A stretch of 60,033 nt of DNA, filler included, from Squatina squatina (Eukaryota), in assembly GCA_031763465.1 (NCBI GenBank). It is 4 parts of 4 records of this genome, joined end to end, with 100 filler letters (N's around TTAATTAATTAA, not from the genome) between each part and the next. Parts side by side here need not be neighbours in the genome. Positions count along the whole stretch, not along the records: positions 15,856 to 30,343 come from JARFOE010000004.1; positions 30,444 to 47,199 come from JARFOE010000235.1; 2 more parts are not named here. One strand, given 5' to 3'. The notes below the pieces were generated by a model that was given only the letters and a program-made list of their open reading frames with translations, was not told the DNA's origin and made no database searches. Position numbers and translations under genes: made by a program. The first letter of the stretch is position 1, and each line of letters begins with the position of its first letter. Shown here piece by piece: positions 23,847 through 37,370 of the stretch.

Positions 23847-25205
23847 GTAAGTGCATTACTGCTTGTGCATACTCTCACTTGAGAACAATGGTNNNNNNNN
23901 NNTGATGGTTCGTGTGTTTTAACTTGTGATTCACTACATTTTTCTGAGAAGCATCAGTTCAGGAGATTTAGCTTATTTGAATCCTACACTCCTGATGTTA
24001 TGAGTCACTTTTTCATTTCAGGATATCACCAGTTCCAGTTATATAAAGGTTAAGACGCTGACCATTTTGTAGAGTTTTGGTTACGGCAGATTTTTAATTT
24101 TTTTTTTAATTGTACACATTAGCGTGAGGCATATTAGGGCTATGAAATATTACTATTTACCTCTGGGCTCCAACTCCCCTTTTTATCAAAGTTCTGTTAA
24201 TCGTTCTCCATGAAACTTGCTCTTAAATGTTCCATCCCGCCTACTCTTCCTCTTGCATCCTACCTTGTGTTGAAATCACAATTTACTTACACCATCTGCT
24301 ACTGTCACTCATTCTTTGAGGCCCTCAGAACTGTGGAAATCTTTAGCTCCCTCAGCCTTCTCTCTGATAATCTACAGCTCTTTAAAATCAACACTGGGTA
24401 TCACCTAATAACTATTTTTGGATTTACCTCATTTTCAGTCTTGTGCTGTGAGCTTTGCCCATTCACTACTTTTTCTCAATAAAAAAAAAAAATTGCAGCT
24501 AGTGTTACCAGGTTGTTGTAGTACATGTCAGACGCAGAGTAAAGCTCCCTTTACTCTGCACTCATAATGTGTCTTAGCTCCAACCTTAGAATAAAATCTT
24601 CTAGTTTTGTATTTGTCACTCACGGGGAATTTTGAAGGCAACTTGGGTAAGTACACTAGAAAATTGGAGATACATACTAAAGAAAAGCTGGGAGAGGGGG
24701 AGCTCAACATGTATGATTAATGAGGCCAAGCTAATTACTTGGGATATCAAGAACATTGACAGGTACATTCCCAGATAACATACACATCACTTCCACTGAT
24801 AGCTCAGTGTTTCATTAATTTGACAGACACAGTGATGGACCTAGGATATGGCTGAAGATGGAAGAATAGGTGGAGGTACAGTATCTCAAAGCCTGAATGC
24901 ATTTTTAGAAAATGTTGGCTATATTACACATTCTTGAGAGCATTTTGCTATCCGGTGGCTTTACCACAAGGTAATCGTAACCAATGTCTGAATTCCTTGA
25001 ATAAAATGCAACAACATTTTTTCTTACTGTACATTTTTAAAGCAAAAAGTACCTCTGAAATTATGCACATATAAAATACTTTGGATGTAATAAGCTAAAA
25101 TACTGGATGATAAAATTCTATAAATATTTTAAATATCAATACATTAAATACATGATTTCAGAAATATAGCTAGTATTAAGCTAATGCTACTATTTCTCTC
25201 TGCAG

Positions 25206-25261
25206 TTTTCTCCCTTTCATGCATCTGTATTGGCCTCCTGTTCATATGATTTCAGTGTCAG
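25206..25261 (+). CDS. PEX7: PEX7 internal exon
   Basis: ctctctgcag|TTT...GTCAG|gtaagt; FSPFHASVLASCSYDFSV(R). Confidence 0.93.
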
Positions 25262-28200
25262 GTAAGTTGCATAATTTTTTTTCTTCACCTATTTCCCCCC
25301 CTCTCCATCTCAACTGAAGTGGTAGGTACCTTGCTCGAGTTCTGTTCCATTGGCACCGGTTATCATTTGGCACTTCGTCCATCCATGAGATTTCTGATAG
25401 CTTGATGAATATCTCTAGTTAAGATTAAATCCAGAACAGCTTTACAAAAAATTGTTGCTCGCAATGTTTTGGTCCTTTATGATTCTGTTTCCTTTGATGA
25501 GACGAAATTAACCAAATTTTTTAAATTTCTCATTCCTTGGATCCACCATGCTTTGTTCCTCCAGAAAGAAACTGATGATGTAATTATGTGCACTGTACCT
25601 TTCATAGTAAAATGTCACAACATTGCATGTTATTGACATTGTGTTTATGGAAATCTTAAGATTACTAAATGCTGATTCTCACAAAGCCCTCAAATTGGAC
25701 TAGGTTCTTTGGAAAGTATGAAAATCAGAAGATCTGGGATTATATACCATTTGGTTAAAGATAAATATATTTAACTTTTTTATTTATTCGTTCCTGNNNN
25801 NNNNNNNNNNNNNNNNNNNNNNNNNNNNNNNNNNNNNNNNNNNNNNNNNNNNNNNNNNNNNNNNNNNNNNNNNNNNNNNNNNNNNNNNNNNNNNNNCCGC
25901 TGAAGTCTGCTGATCAATCAAGGGCATCACTATTGGGTTTTTAATGATGTGTTGTCCCTCCAATGCTGCATTCACTTTGACCATTATGACCAGTATGAAG
26001 TTTTAACCTTACCAGGTCTTGTGGCTGCTTCTCTCTCTCTATCCCAATAAAACCAAGTCACCCAGCCTTCTAATGGTTGCTGGAGCATCCTGCCATGAGC
26101 TGTCCTTATTGATTAAAAAAAAAATTTGACAGCAGTATTTTTCTCACTAATGTCCAGTGAGCTATTAAAAATTCACTCTGAATGCTTGAAATAAACAACC
26201 TGCCCAATTTGGAACAGGTGCTCAAGTCTGTAGAGCAATAATTGGCCATGCTTCACCTCAACTGTATCACAAAGAATACAAAGATGTGAATAGGTGTTGG
26301 GACAATGTATGCTCTTGACTGGTGAAATATATGTGTGCAATATGGTAATGCTATTACCACAAAGAAAGTGCAGCTACACTGAATTTTATTTTGCTTGTTA
26401 ATGTGACACAAAAAGCGATCACATCAGATTTATGTGCCTGCTTGGAAAAGCAGTTTTTCCGTGTGCAGAAAAGGGAATTAAACCATCTTCCTGTACTCCA
26501 GTTCTCCTCTCGTTTCACCAAGAAGAAACAAAAAGTTAGTGAATTTACCTTCATAATCTGCAGTTGATTTATCAGATTGTCCCAAGAGTACTGTGGAAGG
26601 TCCCTTGGGGCTGGGAATAAAGCATGGTGATGAATTGGAGACAGCAATCACAGAAGCAAAATTAAATCAGTTAATGGATCAGATGTAGTGCCCCTTAATG
26701 AATTAATGGAGAGCTGGCTGTTGGCAACATTCACTGAAGACTTATCAAAATGAACAAACAGGATTAAGAAAAGTGTGGGCGGTTAGATTTAATCGCCTAC
26801 ATTTTGTATGGTAAAAAAGGTGGGTGAAGGGATAGTGAGCTGCTGCAATGTAGTCGGGCAATTAATTGAGAACGCAGATGATGAAAGGATGCGGTTGTAG
26901 TTTTTAAAAGTTTTTGTTATTTCTGATCATTTTTTATTCATTTTGCTGATGGAAGGAGAGATGGGTGTAGGAGTGAGTAAACTCACTGAAAGCTGCTCTG
27001 GCAGAATTGCTTGTGTTAGTAAAAAGCAGCAGAGTGGCACTGAATTGCCCTAAAGAGACAATTAGCACGTTTCAACTCGAGCATTCATCTGAGCTAACGT
27101 TTAGAAGGGGAGTCAGCATCGCATTGGTTGCAACCTGTTAATGTCTGAATGAGAGATTAGATTGAGGTGAGTGAACATCCAGGTTTCAAGAAATATAAAC
27201 TTGTAGATTACTAGAGGCTTATAAATGCATACGCATCTGGATTAAGGAGCTCTAATTTTAAAGTATCCCTGAACTGGAAAAATGAAAATAGAATAGATAA
27301 TAGAAACTATGCTGAAAAAATATATACTGGAAATGAGGTAAATTCAGCTTCAGTGATGAAACAGTAATTACTGCTGATCCACCAGATTTTGACCTTTTAA
27401 AAAATATTTTTCTCTGTTCCCCATTGATTTATTTTTAGCCTTACTTGAATCATACTTTGAGCTGGGAGGGTGGGAAGCCTCAGCTGTTGGCTTCTGTGGC
27501 TGCTGTCTGTGGTGGTTAATATCTACTGTGGTGGCATGACCATGATGTGGACCACTCTGTAGCAAACTGTCTCCCCTTTCTGAATACTTGAGTTGGAAAG
27601 GGGTAATTATCTGTTAAGGCTCNNNNNNNNNNNNNNNNNNNNNNNNNNNNNNNNNNNNNNNNNNNNNNNNNNNNNNNNNNNNNNNNNNNNNNNNNNNNNN
27701 NNNNNNNNNNNNNNNNNNNNNNNNNNNNNNNNNNNNNNNNNNNNNNNNNNNNNNNNNNNNNNNNNNNNNNNNNNNNNNNNNNNNNNNNNNNNNNNNNNNN
27801 NNNNNNNNNNNNNNNNNNNNNNNNNNNNNNNNNNNNNNNNNNNNNNNNNNNNNNNNNNNNNNNNNNNNNNNNNNNNNNNNNNNNNNNNNNNNNNNNNNNN
27901 NNNNNNNNNNNNNNNNNNNNNNNNNNNNNNNNNNNNNNNNNNNNNNNNNNNNNNNNNNNNNNNNNNNNNNNNNNNNNNNNNNNNNNNNNNNNNNNNNNNN
28001 NNNNNNNNNNNNNNNNNNNNNNNNNNNNNNNNNNNNNNNNNNNNNNNNNNNNNNNNNNNNNNNNNNNNNNNNNNNNNNNNNNNNNNNNNNNNNNNNNNNN
28101 NNNNNNNNNNNNNNNNNNNNNNNNNNNNNNNNNNNNNNNNNNNNNNNNNNNNNNNNNNNNNNNNNNNNNNNNNNNNNNNNNNNNNNNNNNNNNNNNNNNN

Positions 28201-28862
28201 NNNNNNNNNNNNNNNNNNNNNNNNNNNNNNNNNNNNNNNNNNNNNNNNNNNNNNNNNNNNNNNNNNNNNNNNNNNNNNNNNNNNNNNNNNNNNNNNNNNN
28301 NNNNNNNNNNNNNNNNNNNNNNNNNNNNNNNNNNNNNNNNNNNNNNNNNNNNNNNNNNNNNNNNNNNNNNNNNNNNNNNNNNNNNNNNNNNNNNNNNNNN
28401 NNNNNNNNNNNNNNNNNNNNNNNNNNNNNNNNNNNNNNNNNNNNNNNNNNNNNNNNNNNNNNNNNNNNNNNNNNNNNNNNNNNNNNNCTGATGCATCAGA
28501 TTTTTTGATTCAATGTGTAGAGCCTATATATTGTAATGCAGTGTGCAACCAGTTTTGGGGATGCTTAGCTTTATTTTTCCACTGATATGCTAATCCAGTA
28601 GAGTGCAATTGTACATGACATCATGAAGGATTGAGGTCAAAATGTACTGACTGGCTCAGTGGAAGATTTTTTTTGTTTAATTTTTCATCAGCATCCCAAA
28701 TGCTAATGCAATTTTAATTATTAATTTGACATTATACCATCCCAAATTTCAATTTTATTTTGCTGCCTTTGTAGTCTGATTTGGTATCTTATTAATTGGT
28801 TTGAGATGGGTTGTGTTTGGAAAAACTGCTAACTCAGGACTTCTGTCATGCTTTCATTACAG

Positions 28863-28931
28863 GTTGCAGACTGTGCCTGGGATGAGACAGTGAAGATCTA
28901 TACTCCAGCTTGCCTTACAGTCAGTCATTAA
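28863..28931 (+). CDS. PEX7: PEX7 last coding exon
   Basis: cattacag|GTT...CATTAA; [22 protein letters not shown]. Confidence 0.92.
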   Translation, partial: VADCAWDETVKIYTPACLTVSH

Positions 28932-30036
28932 ACTTGGCATCACTGGAAGATTTAGAACATCATGTCCTCAAGATTACTGATTCTTTTGTGTATATATGCA
29001 GTATTTTGGAACCCATACAAAGTAAACTATTATATTCAGTGAATTTGTAAAACTCTCCAATTTAATTAATATTATATAATTCAGCTGGATGTAGAGTTTG
29101 AATTGTTTTGCATGTATTGACTTGCACTTGAAGTGGAAGAATAATTGAGTTTTTGTAATTTAATATCTTGCAGTTTAATTACTGTAAAGATTGAGAAATG
29201 GGAACTGCAACAATTCTATTTTATCTTTTCACATTACAGAGTACTTCAGAAAGTGGCGGATGAAATTCAATATTGATAGTCTATTTATTTATTTTATCAT
29301 TATTTCTTGTGTGAATTCAGTACCTAACCATTGAGAAGGTTGGAAACTATGGGCCAGTTAGACTGTGTGTACAGTTGAGGAAATAAGTTTGAATACAAGA
29401 AGCTGTTCAGGTCATAAGGTTCACCCTGATGTTTGGGTCAATGAGGAGGATCTGCTCAAACCATATTTATCTTCCTCTTGTGGGCTTTGGCACCTCTGGG
29501 ATCTGGTCCAGACTATTGTGATGAGAGTCCCTTTGCTGACTGTAAGGATCTTAAATGCATTCGAGCAGATTTAATCTTGTTCTTGATGGGCAAGGAGCCG
29601 CACGATAAAACTTTGCCACAAATTGATACTGTGATGTTTTATGATACACGAATGTTGGAAATCAAAAAATTTCATTCTGGTGGAATGAAGTGTGTCATTG
29701 AGGTTGGAGCTGAACCAACTTGTGAAATTAATGACCAGTTCATCTGTTTTTGCAAGTGTTGGCTGAGAGGGTGAATTTTGACCTGGCCAGGACAACACCT
29801 TGTTCTTCTTTGAATAGTACAATTAAATCTTTATTTACTGGAATAGAAAGGGAATTATTACAATCTTGGGATTTTCTGAACACTTTTTCTCTATGCTCAA
29901 AGAAAATCATGTTGATTTTGAATTCTGCAAAAAGAGCTTTTCATTTTTCAGACTATTTAGATTGTTTGTCTTACTACATTTACAAATATAATTGTCCTTA
30001 ATTTGTTAATGCTGACATGAAGTGTATACATGTTCT

Positions 30037-30042
30037 AATAAA
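30037..30042 (+). terminator. Candidate PEX7 polyadenylation signal
   Basis: AATAAA about 1.1 kb after the stop, at the end of an AT-rich, UTR-like, ungapped stretch. Confidence 0.4.
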
Positions 30043-30387
30043 TATTCTAAAGTAACTCACATTTTCAGATTAACTTGTCCTTGGTTATCTTGCCATCAAC
30101 AACAATTTGTATTTATATAGTGCCTTTAACATAGAAAACATCTCAAGGCACCTTCGATGTGTAATTGAAAAAAAAATCTTTAGCCGAAGGAGGAGATATT
30201 GGCCCAGACTTTGCTGCAGCTGGGCATCTTGTGGCATGCCCTGTTAATTCGACTTTTTCCCTCGCCCTTCAGCTCAAAACTTTTGCCCTGCAAGTTGCTG
30301 ACTATGCCAGCTGTTAACAAGGTCATCTGGAACCTTGGTGAACNNNNNNNNNNNNNNNNNNNNNNNNNNNNNNNNNNNNNNNNNNNN

Positions 30388-30399
30388 TTAATTAATTAA
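30388..30399. other. Artificial scaffold linker TTAATTAATTAA
   Basis: 44 N on each side. Confidence 0.95.
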
Positions 30400-30443
30400 N
30401 NNNNNNNNNNNNNNNNNNNNNNNNNNNNNNNNNNNNNNNNNNN

Positions 30444-30630
30444 CGTGCACACGACCACGTGTATGAATACCCACCCCCGAACATGCGTGTACATAAACAC
30501 ATAAATGCAGACAAAACACATGCACACACACACTCTCATACATGAGCATGCACACGTAGGCGTATGTAGATGCACATAGATAAATTCAAATACGCACCCA
30601 CAGGCACATAGATGAGCACACACACACACA
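30444..30630 (+). repeat. Degenerate (CA)/(CATG)-rich simple repeat
   Basis: acacatgcacacacacactctcatacatgagcatgcacac... Confidence 0.75.
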
Positions 30631-31344
30631 TATTTCTGAGTCGAACAGATTTTTAGTCAGAGAAGCAAATCTTTGATTTATGTTCTGTTTTGTCATCCAA
30701 AGGTTTGTCACCCCAGTTAATGCTCGATCGTGAGCCCTGAACCCTGCTTGAAAGCTGTTTAAATGCCCCGTGTGCAGACTGCGAGCGGGCGTTGCAGTAC
30801 TTACATCGGGCTAGCTAGAGTTTGAGCCCCAGTGTTACTAACACTCAGGCCGCCCCGTGACTGAGGCTGACCGTTTAGAACAGGTCCCAGTGATAGCGGG
30901 AGGCGGGGTCTCCCCTCCCATCACACAGAGTGGCCAACAGGTCCAGCAAGTACCAGAGAAGCCTCCTGTGGAACTGTCCACTACCCCTGTGATCAAGGAA
31001 AGCAGTGTGGGTTGGGGGTCTGGGCTGGGCGAAGGATTCACAGATTACTTGATTAAAGCGGGTGAAACTGTACAAACTGTGAATCACTTTTCTCAACATC
31101 TGCTTTTCGGGCGATCAGCTGACTGGTGTAATGGGGGTAGTTTTGACTTCAATAGAAATAACATTTGGGAGAGATGTACAATGGGCTGCCATTCACTATT
31201 GCCCGTTTTAGACTGTCACTCAAAAATTATGCTCATTAAGTATACAGTACTGGAGAGTGCGTTCGCTGCATCCAACTCTGGGGTTCAGCACCTTTGGCGT
31301 CTAGTCATAGCTCGACCTGATCTGTGTGTGCTTTTCCACATCAG

Positions 31345-31508
31345 CTTTTATAACGGCCATTCTTCCAAACATCACCTTTGACCTCTGGATCGGGTTGCAC
31401 GACACGAACAAGGATTTCCAGTGGTTGCAAAAGGAACCACTGAAATATGTCAACTGGGCTCCGGGGGAACCTTCAGGCCAACACGCTTCCTCTGCAGCCA
31501 ATGAACTG
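31345..31508 (+). CDS. MRC2: C-type mannose receptor 2 (Endo180/uPARAP), C-type lectin domain exon
   Basis: ttccacatcag|CT...CTG|gtaggt; (A)FITAILPNITFDLWIGLHDTNKDFQWLQKEPLKYVNWAPGEPSG, matching MRC2 AFITASLPNVTFDLWIGLH...NWAPGEPSG. Confidence 0.88.
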
Positions 31509-32009
31509 GTAGGTTGCCCCTCTCGGATGATGTGTGAATGATGTTATAAGGTGACTGGATATAAGGAATGTCCATCTCCACGCCCCACCCCCCGCCCCTC
31601 CCAGGTCTCCGAAGAGTATTCCCTCCCTCCCCCACTTCCCTGAGTTACAACCCTGTTCCTAATTCACTCGTTGCTGCCTCAATTAAATGGACGAGTTGCT
31701 CCCTCTGGTCAACGTTAGTGGGCAGCCCTGCGAGGAATCCCGAGCTGCCCCTCGGTCACCTTAGTTTGGCTTCATTCAGGGTGGCTCCCTCCCCACTTTG
31801 GAAACACCGTGGTATGGTTTCTGCATGTGTGAGGGCATGTCCTGGCGGACAAGTAGAACAGTTGTGAAATGCAGTTTAAAGACACCAGTGGAAACACCAA
31901 AGTGCATTTAGGCAACGCAAGGATGGGAATGGTACAATGGGGATACGCAAGCTAAGTTTGTGGGAAGCAGAATTGAAATGAGGAATGGAAGTTTATGTGG
32001 CTGTTAAAG

Positions 32010-32426
32010 AAAGAGAAAGACTTGCATTTATATAGAGCCTTTCACCACCTCAGGACGCCCAAAACTGCTTCACAGCCATTGAGGATCTTTTTTGAAGTGT
32101 AGTCACTGTGGTAATGTAGGAAACGCAACAACCAATTTGAACACAGCAAGATCCCACACACTGATAATCTGATGATTGAGGGATAATTATTGTCTGGAAC
32201 CCCCCCCCCAGCTCAGCGAAATCGTGTCGCGAGATCTTTCACGTCCACCTGAGGGGGCAGACGGGGCTAGGTTTAATGTCTCATGAAAGGCAACACCTCC
32301 GACAGTGCAGCACTCCCTCAGTACTGCACTAAAGTGTCTGCCTGGATTATGAGCTCAAGTCTCTGGAGTGGGACTTGAACCCCCAACCTTCTGACGAGAG
32401 TGTTACCAACTGAGCCACGGCTGACG
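32010..32426 (-). mobile_element. Near full-length DeuSINE (SacSINE1-like)
   Basis: tRNA head with A/B boxes (GTGGCTCAGTTGG...GGTTCAAGTCC), core GCAGTACTGAGGGAGTGCTGCACTGTCGGAGG, LINE-like tail ending (CTTT)n. Confidence 0.8.
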
Positions 32427-32559
32427 CAAATAAATGTATTTACTTCCAATAGTACTCAACTCGTACTTGATCCATTCCTGACTCATCAGTGCCCTGAAGT
32501 CTGGCAGAGGTCACTGTGCAGCCGGTAAATGGTCAGTCACCACAGGTTTTTTTTTGATA

Positions 32560-33066
32560 CATTCATGAGATGTGGGCATCGCTGGCAAGGCCAGCATTTA
32601 TTATCCATCCCTAATTGCCCTTGAGAAGGTGGTGGTGAGCTGACATCTTGAACCAATGCAGTCCATGTGGTGAGAGTACTCTCACAGTGCTGTTAGGGTG
32701 GGAGTTCCAGGATTTTGACCCAGTGATGACAAAGGAATGGCGATAGACTTCCAAGTCATGATGGCGTGTAACTTGGAGGGGAACTTAGAGGTGGTGCTAT
32801 TCCCATGCGTCTGCTGCCCTTGTCCTTATAGATGGTAGAGGTTGTGGGTTTGGGGGGTGCTGCCAAAGAAACTTTGGCGAGTTGCTACAGTGCATCTTAT
32901 AGGTGGTATTCACTGCAGCCACAGTGTGCCGGTGGTGCACTTTTAATGTCCTGGAAGGGGTGCCGATCAAGCGGACTGCTTTGTCCTGTATGGTGTCGAG
33001 CTTCTTGAGTGTTGTTGGAGCTGCACTCATCCAGGCAAGTGGAGAGTATTCCATCACACTCCTGAC
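32560..33066 (-). mobile_element. Non-LTR retrotransposon 3' end (CR1/RTE-X-like)
   Basis: MEYSPLAWMSAAPTTLKKLDTIQDKAVRLI, then 3' UTR and A-rich tail; a related family fragment lies at 58587-58730. Confidence 0.75.
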
Positions 33067-33340
33067 NNNNNNNNNNNNNNNNNNNNNNNNNNNNNNNNNN
33101 NNNNNNNNNNNNNNNNNNNNNNNNNNNNNNNNNNNNNNNNNNNNNNNNNNNNNNNNNNNNNNNNNNGAATGGGCTCGAGGGGCTGAATGGCCTACTCCTG
33201 TTCTGATGCTCCAGTAAACCTGGTCATTTGTAGGCTAGCAGCTGGCAGTCGAAATGAGCCCTTGTGAACTGGGATGGTTCTACCTGTTGGATTCAGAATT
33301 TAACCCCCTCCTGCTCATGTGCTGATTGTTTTCTTCTCAG

Positions 33341-33487
33341 ACCCGTGGTCCAGCAAATCAACGTTCACCGGAACTTGTCAGACTAGCCTGCAGGATTCTT
33401 CATGGATCCCCTTCCGTAATCACTGTTATGCCTTCCACTTGGAGAAGAAGGCAACTCCCAAAGATGCAGCCAAGTTCTGTCAGAAAG
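33341..33487 (+). CDS. MRC2: MRC2 internal exon
   Basis: ttcttctcag|AC...AAAG|gtgcgt; PWSSKSTFTGTCQTSLQDSSWIPFRNHCYAFHLEKKATPKDAAKFCQK; absent from the ORF track. Confidence 0.85.
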
Positions 33488-33660
33488 GTGCGTAAAATAT
33501 ATGATAAATGATGCGGATAAGGAAATATCTATTAATTAATACCTGCGTGGGGACATTATCCAACTTATAGAAACTGGGTATGTGGGACAACCCAGACTGT
33601 GCTCTACGGCAACTGTTGGCTGCTCTGTTTTGTACTCCTTTTCTTATTGTTTCTGAACAG

Positions 33661-33783
33661 TACATGGGGCCGAGATGCTGTCCATTCTTGATGAGGCCGA
33701 GAATGTGTTTATATGGGAACACCTACAGACGTATGAAAATGACACCAAAGGCGCCTGGCTGAGTCTCATGTACAACACAAAGG
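33661..33783 (+). CDS. MRC2: MRC2 internal exon
   Basis: ttctgaacag|TA...AAGG|gtaagt; HGAEMLSILDEAENVFIWEHLQTYENDTKGAWLSLMYNTK; phase-compatible with the preceding exon. Confidence 0.88.
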
Positions 33784-36299
33784 GTAAGTTTGTCTTGGCA
33801 CTTGCCAACATGACAACCAATTGGAAGCAGGATATATTCGGATTGGANNNNNNNNNNNNNNNNNNNNNNNNNNNNNNNNNNNNNNNNNNNNNNNNNNNNN
33901 NNNNNNNNNNNNNNNNNNNNNNNNNNNNNNNNNNNNNNNNNNNNNNNTTTTCCGGGGGTGGGGGGGGAAATGAGAAGGGGATTTTACCCCTTCCTGTACT
34001 GAAAGTTATTTCAAGCTTTCGAAACATACACATTTATTTTGTGATCAAGGAGCTGCAAAAACTGACTTTCTGTCCATTTCTATCGCTGAGCATAACAGAA
34101 GGCAGAGAAATTTGCCAAACAGGATTCTCAGAATAAAGTGTTTTTTTAAGTTTATGTTGTGAAGCGATTTTATTTTGCCCTTAATCCTCCACCGATACTC
34201 AACCACAGGCTCCAATGGGGGTAGTCTAGGACATTGGGATAGGTTTTCATCTCCACTACCTGGGTGTTGTGCATTATCTGGGCAGAACCCAGAGAGAAAA
34301 ATCTGCAATTCCCCATTGCAAAATCCAATTGGCTCTGGAATGAGTCTGAGGATTTTGCCTCCACTTCTCTACCCAAAAGTGTTAATTAGTGTTAGAGAAG
34401 CTGCTTTGCAAGATTGTTCCATCTTGCACTGAGGACTCTATTTTGTGATTAAAAGACAGCTTCTGCAAAAACTGCTAGAAACATCTGGAACAGGTCGAGA
34501 ATCAGCTCAGACCTTCAAGGTTTTTCATGGTTGATACAAGCTGGAGTCATAAAAATGGTTGTTTTTTCTTAGTGTAGTACTGATGTCCTGGTAGATAAAT
34601 CTATCTGTCTTAGCTGCTTTTACCCTTTCCCCGAGATGTAGTTAGACAGGCAGCTTATGAGTGAAGGCCATTGGGCTTTCACCCACTGGTACTAATGGAA
34701 GACTGTTATTGATTGTAGTAATGTTAGCTTTTAGCCTTTGTTTGTTAAGTAGGGAACTTTGATTCAATTTTAAAATAGTAAGCAATGAACTTTTGAATTG
34801 AGATTGACCCTACAGCTCTTGCAAGGTTCAGCATGAAGTAATCAGCAATTTAATGAGGGAGCTCAATTAAAGACATACTATTGCATACTAGTTCCTAAGT
34901 TTCAGGGATCTGTAATCGCCGATAATGGGTGAAAGGACAAATGTTAGTGTTGCAAAAGGAAAACATCGGGATAAATCTTGGGATTATAATGATGCATTAT
35001 AGTGGCACTTGCCATTATTAATCTGTAAAGAATACAGCAATCTGTGGCGTAAAAGAGATACACCATGAGAGCTGATTCTTCTCAAGTTGCTTGACAATTT
35101 GCACGGCTCTGCTTTTAGCCTCAGCAAAGCCAATAAAAGTACCTTCTCACCTTAAACTTAATGTGATCATGAAATTGCTGGATTTACAACGTGAATCGAA
35201 ATTATTCCCATTGCAGCCATTTAGGGCTGGTAATTAGTGTCATAGAGGACCGTGTTAATGACGTGATTTATGGAACTGACCTGACACTCAACCTCGGAGG
35301 CCCAGAAAGGGAACAATGAAGCTGTGGAGTCTCACTCCAGAAGGTAGTAACTTGTCCCTAGGGATTTATTAAACTTTTTGTCTGTCTTGGCAATATTTTT
35401 ATGCTAGTCTTTCCATCCACACTCATACTAGTACTAGAAGGCAATAATTTTCTGGATCCAAAGCTATTTCGATACTCGGAAATGCAAATTAGATAGATTT
35501 ATTTCAGAAAATAACATTTTGTGATACAGNNNNNNNNNNNNNNNNNNNNNNNNNNNNNNNNNNNNNNNNNNNNNNNNNNNNNNNNNNNNNNNNNNNNNNN
35601 NNNNNNNNNNNNNNNNNNNNNNNNNNNNNTTAGGTGTTAAATTTAAAATATTTCAAACCTCTGCCTGTGTTTCTTTCCCTCTGTACCATTAGGTTGCTGA
35701 TTATTGATCAGTAACCTCACACCAGGGAAATCCTTCTCAATAAAGGCAAGGGGAAAAGATTCGTGATATTTGAATATTCCTAACAAGATCAATTTTATAA
35801 ACCATAATCTTGAAAAAAAATTGATTTTGTCAATATTTACTGTCATTTTTTTTTCTAAAAATGGATTATAGATTCCTAACAAAATCTCATGGAAACTTAT
35901 ACAAAATATCAGCGCGATTATAATATGTCAGCATTTATAGAGGTTCTTTCCTTCAGTAAACATCAAGGTTACAAATTGGTTTGAGTGTGTAATTTAGAGA
36001 TATTCCCTTAGAAATGTAACTGACAGTGTTTCAATTAAGGGACTAGTCTAAAGCAAATTGCCCCAACCCAAGAGACTGCAAGACAGAGTTCTGTTACCAA
36101 AGGCCAAATGTCCTTGTGTATACTGTTCAAAACCTTAATCAAGTTTTTTTTCATCAATCTGGAATTACAAATAATCACAGTGCATTAAAAACAAAAGATA
36201 AAAGAGAGTGAAATCGAGGAGTTGCAAACTCCACCTAGACTTCAGGTGACTGGAAATATTGAAAAGTTTTCTGAACAGCTTGAATTGTTAGTAACAATC

Positions 36300-36745
36300 A
36301 GAGGTTATACCTATCAGGAAAGACTGAACATGCTGTGATGGGGGTCATTTCTCTAAAAAGGAGAAGGCTGAGCGGTGACCTGATAGAGGTCTTTAAGATT
36401 ATGAAGGGGTTTGAGAGGGTAGATGTTGAGAAGATGTTTCCACTTGTGGGGAAGAGCATCACTAGAGGCAGTCAATATAAGATAGTCACCAAGAAATCCA
36501 ATAGGGAATTCAGAAGAAACTTCTTTACCCGGAGAGTGGTGAGATTGTGGAACTCGCTCCCACAGGGAGTGGTTGAAGCGAATAGTATAGATGCATTTAA
36601 AGGGAGGCTCGACAAGCATATGAGGGAGAAGGGAATCGAGGATTATGTTAATTGATTTAGATGAGGAAAGACGAGAGAAGGCTCGAGTGGAGCATAAATG
36701 CTGGCATGGACTGGTTGAGCTGAATAGCCTGTTTCTGTGTTGTAT
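36300..36745 (+). mobile_element. CR1 LINE 3' end
   Basis: SLKRRRLSGDLIEVFKIMKG...RRNFFTRRVVRLWNSLP...FKGRLD plus CR1-type 3' UTR. Confidence 0.9.
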
Positions 36746-36860
36746 ATTCTAGGTAATCCTNNNNNNNNNNNNNNNNNNNNNNNNNNNNNNNNNNNNNNNN
36801 NNNNNNNNNNNNNNNNNNNNNNNNNNNNNNNNNNNNNNNNNNNNNNNNNNNNNNNNNNNN

Positions 36861-37370
36861 ATTTCAAGAGAAAAGAGCCACAGCCTGTTCAATCTTTACT
36901 GATGGGTATACCCTCTCAGTTCTGGTATCATTCTAGTAAAATTATGTTGCACCTTCACCATGGCCTCTATATCCTTTTTATAATATGGCGACCAGAACTG
37001 TTCATGGTCTTTCAAGTGTGGTCTACCCAAGGTTCTATACAAATTTATCATAACTTCTCTGTTTTTCAATTCTATCCATCTCACACTGAATCCCGGTCCT
37101 TTGATNNNNNNNNNNGTTACAGTCCTTCTCGGTATTAACTGCACCCACCACTTTTGTGTCATCTGTAAATTTTGAAATTGTACTTTTCCTGAGTCCAAAT
37201 TGTTTATGTAAATGGTAAACAATGGTCCCTAACCCTAACCCAATGGTTCTTGTGGAATACCACTTCCCACATTTTTCCACACTGAGTTTTCCAATCTTTC
37301 ACCCCTACTCTCTGTTTTCTGTTTTGTAGCCAGCTTGCTATCCACTCTGCTACTTGTCCCCTGACTCCGT
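36861..37370 (-). mobile_element. CR1 LINE RT fragment
   Basis: ISKFTDDTKVVG, LYRTLGRPHL and WIASWLQNRKQRV motifs. Confidence 0.85.

Noticed and set aside
27516-28585. 326-aa and 330-aa ORFs
   Set aside because: Almost entirely the 865-N gap; the same applies to all ORFs spanning X runs
29365-30001. Several short ORFs downstream of PEX7
   Set aside because: Within the probable PEX7 3' UTR; chance ORFs
30857-31381. 174-aa plus-strand ORF
   Set aside because: Lies in MRC2 intron sequence, overlaps the true exon in another frame, GTG start, no recognisable motif
32330-32426. tRNA gene
   Set aside because: A/B boxes belong to a SINE head continuous with the Deu core; no complete cloverleaf
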